Assembly (NCBI GenBank): GCA_029261035.1
Contig: JAJDCD010000025.1
Span: 194,926 to 258,925 of the forward strand
DNA: 64,000 nucleotides
DNA from: Candidatus Omnitrophota bacterium
GTDB lineage: Bacteria; Omnitrophota; Omnitrophia; Omnitrophales; JACROU01
Direction of reading: 5' to 3'
Positions 57,394 through 64,000 of the stretch are shown in pieces (position 1 is the stretch's first letter; the number at the start of each line of letters is the position of its first letter). Under the pieces are notes generated by a model that was not told where the DNA came from, searched no databases, and saw only the letters and a program-made list of their open reading frames with translations. The position numbers and the translations under genes were made by a program.

Positions 57394-58722
57394 CTATTTA
57401 AGCTCCATACTCATTTTTAAAAGTGCTGCAAATAGTATCCAATAAACAAAACAAAAAGCATTCCCGATCGAATAAATCCAACTTTCAAAGAAAGCTAAAC
57501 ATAGACCCACAATCACAGAGGAAAGCAAAGACAAAAAAAGTAAGAAATCTGAATGTCGGCGAAAGCGATACAATGAAAAAGCACTTTTTACAACAAACAA
57601 AAAGATTGGGAAAAAGAAAAGGAGAGCTCCTAGCAAACCTAGCTGACTTACGAGCCCCAAATAAGAATTATGTGCATAAGCACCAGAATGTTCTTCGAAA
57701 ATAATATCAAACTTAAAAAATATTTGATCTTCCGTGCCAAACCCATATCCCAGCCAAGGACGATAAGCAATTAATCTTAAAATTTCGTCCCACGCTTCTA
57801 GACGTCCACTCCCAGAGCTCAGGGTGTCCATTCGCACAATTTGAGCTATAAGGGAAGCCCCAAAAAGCTCTAAATAGAGCATAAACAGGCCCGCAACAAA
57901 AAATATAATAGTTAAAACAACATGTTTTTTGTTCTCAAAATAGTGCCAAAGAAAAAAACCCAAGCCTATTGCAGCGCTTAAAAAGCCTGACCTTGATTGA
58001 CTTAGAACAAGAGATAAAAGTAGAACTCCTAAAAAAATGAGTGCCCATTTTTTTCTTGTTGTTAAATAGAAGTATAAAGCCACAGGAGACAAAACAGCGG
58101 ACAAAAGTGCCACTGAATTAGGATTCGTGAAAATGCCTAAAAACCGGCCTCCCCCAACAAAAAAGAACCCAATGACAAAGACAACGAAAACAATTTTTAA
58201 TATATCACTAAGAATTAATTTAATTTTATCTGTACTATCCATATATTGCCAAACGGCAATAAAGATAGAAAAGTAGAAGAGTAGAATAGAAATACTTCTT
58301 TGAAAAGTAAGCTCTGGATCTATTGAGTAAACCTGAGAGTAAAAAGCTAAAGCAATAAAATTAAGGCCTAAAACATCCAACAATCTCACCTTTACTGATT
58401 TAACATCAGACAAAACCATTGAAATTGCTTTCAAAGAAACCACACCTAAAAACACCCATCTTAAATTAAGAAAAGCAGCTTGGATAGATAAGTGTGCACT
58501 CGATGCTAGCATAAATGCCAATGCTGTAGCTGCAATTAAATAGCGCAGGTCTAAAAAATATAAGACCACCAAAACGATTCCCAAAACCATAGCACCCATC
58601 ATCTGCCAGTTACTAGCAGCTATAGTCGTGCCTAGATAATAAGGCGCTAAAATAAGAGCCACTCCAAATAAGCAAACCCAAGTGAGTGACAAAATAACTG
58701 ATTTCGAACCAAATGTTTGCAT
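57394..58722 (-). CDS. O-antigen ligase/polymerase (WaaL/Wzy-like) membrane protein
   Basis: Multi-TM; GIFTNPN, SQSRSG, SGRLEAW, PWLGYGFG, AHNSYL. Confidence 0.88.
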   Translation of the reverse strand: MQTFGSKSVILSLTWVCLFGVALILAPYYLGTTIAASNWQMMGAMVLGIVLVVLYFLDLRYLIAATALAFMLASSAHLSIQAAFLNLRWVFLGVVSLKAISMVLSDVKSVKVRLLDVLGLNFIALAFYSQVYSIDPELTFQRSISILLFYFSIFIAVWQYMDSTDKIKLILSDILKIVFVVFVIGFFFVGGGRFLGIFTNPNSVALLSAVLSPVALYFYLTTRKKWALIFLGVLLLSLVLSQSRSGFLSAAIGLGFFLWHYFENKKHVVLTIIFFVAGLFMLYLELFGASLIAQIVRMDTLSSGSGRLEAWDEILRLIAYRPWLGYGFGTEDQIFFKFDIIFEEHSGAYAHNSYLGLVSQLGLLGALLFFFPIFLFVVKSAFSLYRFRRHSDFLLFLSLLSSVIVGLCLAFFESWIYSIGNAFCFVYWILFAALLKMSMELK

Positions 58723-58728
58723 GTAATC

Positions 58729-59901
58729 CTACTCTTTAGAACTCAAAGTAAATTCTTCTATATTTAAAGATTCAATCGTTTCCAAAAAACCTTCAGCACA
58801 TATCTCGGGAGAGTTTTGTGCTATTATTTCCAAGGACTTTTCTCCCATCTTTGAACACAAATCACGATCATTTATTAGTAATTTTATTTTCGCTAACAAC
58901 TGAGATACATCCCCCGGTTTAAATAAATACCCATTTTGACCTTCAAGAACCAAATCTGGCGCAGACCCTATATCTTCAGAAACAATTACAGGTAAACCAC
59001 AAGCCATAGCCTCATTAAGAACTAAACCCCACTCGTCTCTAAACGAAGGCATGATAAAAACATCAGAAATTCCATAATAAAAAGGGAGTTCTTCTTGCTG
59101 CTTAAAACCTTCAAAAAACACGTTTTTCAAATTATTTTTCTTACAATACTGCTTAAACTCTTCTTCATCCGGCCCATCTCCAACTAATACAAGCCCTATG
59201 CTTTCCTTATCCTTTAATTTTTCATACGCCTCTATTAGCGTCATGAAACCTTTGTAATGCAATAAACGGCCCACAGATACTAATATTCTTTTAGGATAAC
59301 CTCTGTTTTGCTTAATCTCTTCCTTAGTTTTTCGAACTTCAATTACCTTATTAGAAAATAATTCGTTATCTACAGCATTTCTTGCCGTTTTTATCTTCTC
59401 TTCTGGAATACCAAAGCTCTTCATATATTGAAAAGAGCTTTTCCCAGGAACAATACAACGACTCGCTTTTTTTGAAATGTATTTCCTATAAAATTGTGCG
59501 AGGGGCCATTTTACACGAACACTCTTTTCATGACTCTCACACCAAAGAATAAATTTTTTCTTAAATAATTTACAATACAAAAAAGCAACCAAATAAGAAG
59601 GATGTTGATATCCTCCACAGATAACCACATCCGGATTCCCTTGTGTCAAAAGCTTCCAAAGAGATGGGTTGAAAAAAATAGGAAATCTCAAAGGTAGACT
59701 CAATTTAAAACCTCTGATAATCTCATAATCAAAATCCATATCTTCTTCATGCATTTGCCATTTTCTCCCACCTGATATTCCGGAAAGAAATAGGACTTTA
59801 AAATCAAACTGATTCTCTTTTGCAATATGATTAAATACAGGGACTCTATAGGGAGAGACGATCTCTGTTAATAAAAACACCTTCTTTTCTTTATTATTCA
59901 T
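58729..59901 (-). CDS. Glycosyltransferase family 4
   Basis: SPYR, NAVD, VGRL...KG, DEWGLVLNEAMACG. Confidence 0.9.
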   Translation of the reverse strand: MNNKEKKVFLLTEIVSPYRVPVFNHIAKENQFDFKVLFLSGISGGRKWQMHEEDMDFDYEIIRGFKLSLPLRFPIFFNPSLWKLLTQGNPDVVICGGYQHPSYLVAFLYCKLFKKKFILWCESHEKSVRVKWPLAQFYRKYISKKASRCIVPGKSSFQYMKSFGIPEEKIKTARNAVDNELFSNKVIEVRKTKEEIKQNRGYPKRILVSVGRLLHYKGFMTLIEAYEKLKDKESIGLVLVGDGPDEEEFKQYCKKNNLKNVFFEGFKQQEELPFYYGISDVFIMPSFRDEWGLVLNEAMACGLPVIVSEDIGSAPDLVLEGQNGYLFKPGDVSQLLAKIKLLINDRDLCSKMGEKSLEIIAQNSPEICAEGFLETIESLNIEEFTLSSKE

Positions 59902-59916
59902 TTAATATCCCAAACA

Positions 59917-61035
59917 TCAATTTACAACCTGTTCTATTGAATCTAAAATTTGATGAGCCGTTCTACTCCAATTAAATGTCGCAGCTCTCTCTATCCCTTT
60001 TCTTCTTAAATCATTCTTAAATTCAGAATTTGAAAAAAGATGACACAATGTATCCGAATAAGCTTCTACGTCCATGGGGTCATGTAATATTCCAGCATCT
60101 CCAACCACCTCAGGAATCGAAGTAACATTGGACGCAATTAACGGGACTCCTGAAGCCATCGCTTCCAGCAACTGAAATCCAAACCCTTCAAATAAAGACG
60201 GGTCCAAATAAGCACTAGCTCCTTGATATAAGCGAATCAGCTCCTCTCCCACCGCAAACTTTCTAAAGAGTATAGAGGAATCCTCTTCAATGCCTAACTG
60301 CTCTGCAGTAGTTCCAACAATTACGAGCATTACCTGTAAACTTGTTTTTTTTCTAAATTGTCGATAAGCACGAATAACTGTTTCTGTATTATCTCTTAAA
60401 TCTCCTGTCGAAAAATGTAAGACATACTCCTGCCCCCCACTCACTTCTTCTCTAATCTTCTGAAGATTATCTAGATTATCTTCAAATACAAACTCTCTAT
60501 CCTGAGCAGCCTGAACAACCCTAATCTGATCAGATGCAATGCCGTATTTTTCTACCAAGTCTTGTTTGGTAAAGTCCGAGCTCGTTACAACCAACTTTGT
60601 TTTTCTGATGCTTTTTGGAAATATTCGTTCTAAATAAACCCTAGCCACTGAGCGAAGCAAACTAAATTTCTTTTGTTTCGCTCTATCCAATTGAATCCGG
60701 TAATCAGGAACTTCAAAAAGATAAATGATAAAGGGAGTATCTCCAATCAAGGGGATACAATCATAAGCTGTATGAACAATATCTAACTTATGCTTCCTTA
60801 TAAGCAAAGGAAGTTGAAACTGTTCCCAAACAGACCTCATCATCATCGAAACACCAACGCACTGCCAGTTCGGTTTATTTATATTAAAGCGTTCTGACAA
60901 AGATGAATTATAAAAAACAACAAACTCATGATTCGATGCAAGTTCTGATAAGGCTTCAACGATATTTTTTTGATAGCGTGTAATCCCTTTTCCTTGCGAC
61001 AAAAGACTTGTTGCGTCTATCCCTATACGTGCCAT
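59917..61035 (-). CDS. Glycosyltransferase family 4 (MtfB-like)
   Basis: RIGIDA, GITRY, WEQFQLP, PSLFEGFGFQLLEAMASG, SIPEVVGDAG. Confidence 0.9.
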   Translation of the reverse strand: MARIGIDATSLLSQGKGITRYQKNIVEALSELASNHEFVVFYNSSLSERFNINKPNWQCVGVSMMMRSVWEQFQLPLLIRKHKLDIVHTAYDCIPLIGDTPFIIYLFEVPDYRIQLDRAKQKKFSLLRSVARVYLERIFPKSIRKTKLVVTSSDFTKQDLVEKYGIASDQIRVVQAAQDREFVFEDNLDNLQKIREEVSGGQEYVLHFSTGDLRDNTETVIRAYRQFRKKTSLQVMLVIVGTTAEQLGIEEDSSILFRKFAVGEELIRLYQGASAYLDPSLFEGFGFQLLEAMASGVPLIASNVTSIPEVVGDAGILHDPMDVEAYSDTLCHLFSNSEFKNDLRRKGIERAATFNWSRTAHQILDSIEQVVN

Positions 61036-61038
61036 GAG

Positions 61039-62112
61039 TTACTTATTCACCGCATTCAGTTCGGCATTTTTAGTAAACACATCCAAATGATCTTGAATCC
61101 AGGTCACAAGCTGGTGAACTCCAGCTTCCGGAGAAGTAGTTGGAGACCAATTTAATTCTTTTTTTGCTTTATTTATATTAGAAATATAAACTTTTTGATC
61201 ATTAGGACGCCAATCCCCATACTCCACTTGGATTTTTTTACTGAGCTGTTGCTCCAAAACCTCTTTCAACTCTAAAAGAGAAATGGTGTTTTCTTCACCC
61301 CCACCCATATTTACAACTAAACTCTTCTCGGAATTTTGAATAAAAGCATCAAAGGCATTAACAAGATCCGTAACAAACAAAATATCTCTCACTTGCTTTC
61401 CATCTCCATAGAAATTAATTGTTTTATCTAAAAGTGCTGCAATAGAAAACCAAGCTAACCAACCCTGATCTTCAAGCCCAAATTGACGCGTCCCATAAAT
61501 GCAAGACATGCGAAAAACGCCCACTTTCAAGCCGTAGTACGAGGCATAGTCTTGCATGTAAATATCTGCAGCAAGTTTAGAACACCCGTAAGGAGATCTC
61601 TCACAATGATCAATGCTAAACTCTTCTGGAATCCCCTCTTTATACCGCTTATCCGAAAACTGATAACGAGTCCCACACTCCTCTAGAGCAATATCATTAA
61701 CGTTTTTCCCGTAAACCTTGTTCGTTGAACAAAAAACAATCGAAGGCTTTTTTTCTTGCTTTCGAGCTGCTTCTAATACTTGAAACGAGCCTAATGCATT
61801 AATTTTGAAATCCACATCAGGTTGTTCGTAAGAAGAAGTCACAGCCGTCTGTCCTGCGGTATGAACGACAGCATCTGCGCCCTTCATCGAAACCTCCAGA
61901 AGATCTTGATCTAAAATATCTCCTTGGATCAAATGAACATTATCAAATTGCTTTAAGTAGTCCCAATTGAAGTTATATTGCAAATTCTTTTGCCCAAGCA
62001 AATGCATTCGAGAAAGGTTGTCATAAACAACAACTTCAACTCCTTTTTTAGCATAAAATTCGGCTACATGACTTCCTATAAATCCAGCCCCGCCTGTAAT
62101 AAATATTTTCAC
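61039..62112 (-). CDS. NAD-dependent epimerase, CDP-paratose 2-epimerase (RfbE)-like
   Basis: TGGAGFIG, AGQTAVT, STNKVYG, SPYGCSK, FRMSCIYG, EDQGW, GDGKQVRD. Confidence 0.85.
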   Translation of the reverse strand: MKIFITGGAGFIGSHVAEFYAKKGVEVVVYDNLSRMHLLGQKNLQYNFNWDYLKQFDNVHLIQGDILDQDLLEVSMKGADAVVHTAGQTAVTSSYEQPDVDFKINALGSFQVLEAARKQEKKPSIVFCSTNKVYGKNVNDIALEECGTRYQFSDKRYKEGIPEEFSIDHCERSPYGCSKLAADIYMQDYASYYGLKVGVFRMSCIYGTRQFGLEDQGWLAWFSIAALLDKTINFYGDGKQVRDILFVTDLVNAFDAFIQNSEKSLVVNMGGGEENTISLLELKEVLEQQLSKKIQVEYGDWRPNDQKVYISNINKAKKELNWSPTTSPEAGVHQLVTWIQDHLDVFTKNAELNAVNK

Positions 62113-63248
62113 GATTTCGACCCCTTTATATTCATTTGATCATATAATTTTAAAATCTTATCAACCATTTGACTCTCTGAAAAAAAATCTTTTACTCTTT
62201 GATATCCACGCAGACCCATCTCAGTCCCTTTAGGGGCATCACCTCCTATTTGGGTGATGGCTTTACACAAAGAGGAAACATCGTTAGGAGGAATCAAGAG
62301 ACCCGTTTCTTTGTCTGCAACTAATTCGCAAACACCTCCCACATCCGTAGCAACAACGGGCTTTTTTAAAGCCATTGCCTCTAGTATCGTAATTGGAAGA
62401 CCCTCTAACTTTGACGGTAAAACAAAACAATTAAAAGAGTTCATCAGATCATAAATATCAGATCGATGCCCTGTAAAGAAAATGCAAGAATTTAGATTTA
62501 ACTGCGAAACCAAATCTCTTAACTCTTTTTCATAAGCTCCATTTTCTTCAAGATCTTTTCCTACAATAATAAACCGGTAATCTTTATTCTGCTTTATCAA
62601 CTGACTCGCTGCCAGTATAAATTCTTTCTGCCCTTTAATGGGACATAAGCGCCCAACAGTTCCAATCACCTTACAATCCACCTCAATGCCAAACTCCTCT
62701 AACACTGCTTCTCTAGATCTTAGAAACTGACATTTGTTCAAATCAATTCCATTATGGATCACATCAACACGATCTTTAGATATTCCCTGAACATCCAAGT
62801 CTTCACGCGTCGAATGAGAAATAGTTATGATTTTCTTGCACAAATACGCTGTTAAATTATCAAACAGACGTTGATATACTTGAATTAAAAAATGATCTCT
62901 AAATTTATTGGGTATATGTATATGAGCTATAATTGGCACCCCCGCAAGCGTTGCTCCCAACCTTGCTTGAATGTTAGCCGAAACCATAGCGTGCGTATGT
63001 ACTAAATCAATGTTCTCTTTCTTAAGCAAAGAAGAAAACTTGAATGCGTTACTAAAATGGTATGTCTTTTTAAAGGGAATGTAATAAACAGGAATTCCTT
63101 CTTTTAATAAGATTTGAGTAAAATCCCCATCATAAGGGGATACAACAACAATCTCATCTCCTCTTTTTATTGAAGCATCGATAATTTGCTTACAAACCTT
63201 TTGACCTCCAGAAACATCTCCACCAACAATCAAATGAGCTATCTTCAT
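62109..63248 (-). CDS. Glycosyltransferase family 4
   Basis: SGGQ, IHNGID, VGRLCPIKGQ, PSKLEGLPITILEAM. Confidence 0.9.
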   Translation of the reverse strand: MKIAHLIVGGDVSGGQKVCKQIIDASIKRGDEIVVVSPYDGDFTQILLKEGIPVYYIPFKKTYHFSNAFKFSSLLKKENIDLVHTHAMVSANIQARLGATLAGVPIIAHIHIPNKFRDHFLIQVYQRLFDNLTAYLCKKIITISHSTREDLDVQGISKDRVDVIHNGIDLNKCQFLRSREAVLEEFGIEVDCKVIGTVGRLCPIKGQKEFILAASQLIKQNKDYRFIIVGKDLEENGAYEKELRDLVSQLNLNSCIFFTGHRSDIYDLMNSFNCFVLPSKLEGLPITILEAMALKKPVVATDVGGVCELVADKETGLLIPPNDVSSLCKAITQIGGDAPKGTEMGLRGYQRVKDFFSESQMVDKILKLYDQMNIKGSKS

Positions 63249-63252
63249 TAAA

Positions 63253-63999
63253 TCAATTCACCTTTTTGGGTTTCTTACAAATCCCAATAATATAATCCGC
63301 ACGTTTAAAATCATTTTCCAAAAAACTAAAATCAGAAATATCCATATCACTAAAAGGGGTTGTTCCTACCGCTTTTACAACTGGGTTCGTCCACTTTAAG
63401 AGGTTGAACTTATGTCTTAATTTAAAGAAATCCAGTTTCTGCAATATCTGGTGAAATCGACTTTGTTTTCTTTGTTGTCCAAACAAACTAATTTCAGAAA
63501 AGTAATTTTGTAATAATAACTCAAAATCTTTAGGGGACCATTCTTGAATATGATAGGGGTTTTCAGGAGATAAAGTTGTCTTAGAAACGTAAGGAGAAGA
63601 AACAATGTATACCCCTTCATCTTTCAAGACATTCACAATATTTTTTAGGTAAGGCTCTACGGATGGTAAATGTTCTATCGTTTCGAAAGAACAAGCCACA
63701 TCAAACGGACCCCCCTCTATTTGTAGTTTACATGCATCTTGAGCAAAGAATTGAATATTATCTCTCTGATATCTCTTCTGCGCGTATTGTACGGCCTCCT
63801 CAGAAAGATCCACACCAACAACCTGTTCAGAGAATTGAGACAAATATTCACTCCCATACCCTACACCACAAGCAACATCCAAAACTCTTTTTCCCTCACA
63901 GTGATTTCGGGCAAACTCATATCGTGCTAAATGAATAGAAATAATCCCTTTAGGGGTTTTGTCTGGAATGATTCTTTCGTCAAAATCCGCTTTATTCAC
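63253..63999 (-). CDS. Class I SAM-dependent methyltransferase
   Basis: HLARYEFA, VLDVACGVGYG, SFETIEH, NPYH; start at the window edge is uncertain. Confidence 0.88.
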   Translation of the reverse strand: MNKADFDERIIPDKTPKGIISIHLARYEFARNHCEGKRVLDVACGVGYGSEYLSQFSEQVVGVDLSEEAVQYAQKRYQRDNIQFFAQDACKLQIEGGPFDVACSFETIEHLPSVEPYLKNIVNVLKDEGVYIVSSPYVSKTTLSPENPYHIQEWSPKDFELLLQNYFSEISLFGQQRKQSRFHQILQKLDFFKLRHKFNLLKWTNPVVKAVGTTPFSDMDISDFSFLENDFKRADYIIGICKKPKKVN

Positions 64000-64000
64000 T

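Overview
Low-GC bacterial chromosomal window with dense coding, mostly on the minus strand. The gene set suggests a PVC-superphylum organism such as Omnitrophota, but this is inference only. Left to right: (1) a CIRCE-controlled hrcA-grpE-dnaJ operon with no dnaK between grpE and dnaJ, plus a lipoprotein, an FtsH-like protease and uvrA; (2) a three-gene outer-membrane locus with a 1553-aa multidomain beta-barrel protein; (3) a ~12.8-kb argC-J-B-D-F-G-H-lysA-dapF-dapA-dapB superoperon divergent from rnc; (4) an AsmA-like gene, rplM-rpsI, glgA-thiG-leuB-asd-truA; (5) a ~24-kb surface-glycan locus (wzm/wzt, two sulfotransferases, carbamoyltransferase, methyltransferases, asnB-like amidotransferase, glycosyltransferases, O-antigen ligase/polymerase, and a WecA fused to a receiver-like domain). 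The most interesting signals are non-coding. The arg-lys operon has a near-consensus sigma70 promoter followed by a four-way-junction leader and an intrinsic terminator with a plausible antiterminator, which makes it an unassigned riboswitch or attenuator candidate. Its internal spacers carry three copies of a ~190-nt, three-hairpin covarying element with an invariant internal-loop core, plus heptamer-periodic inverted repeats. A second conserved ~60-nt hairpin motif occurs twice, in inverted orientation, around part of the glycan locus. No rRNA, tRNA, CRISPR array or transposase gene was recognised.
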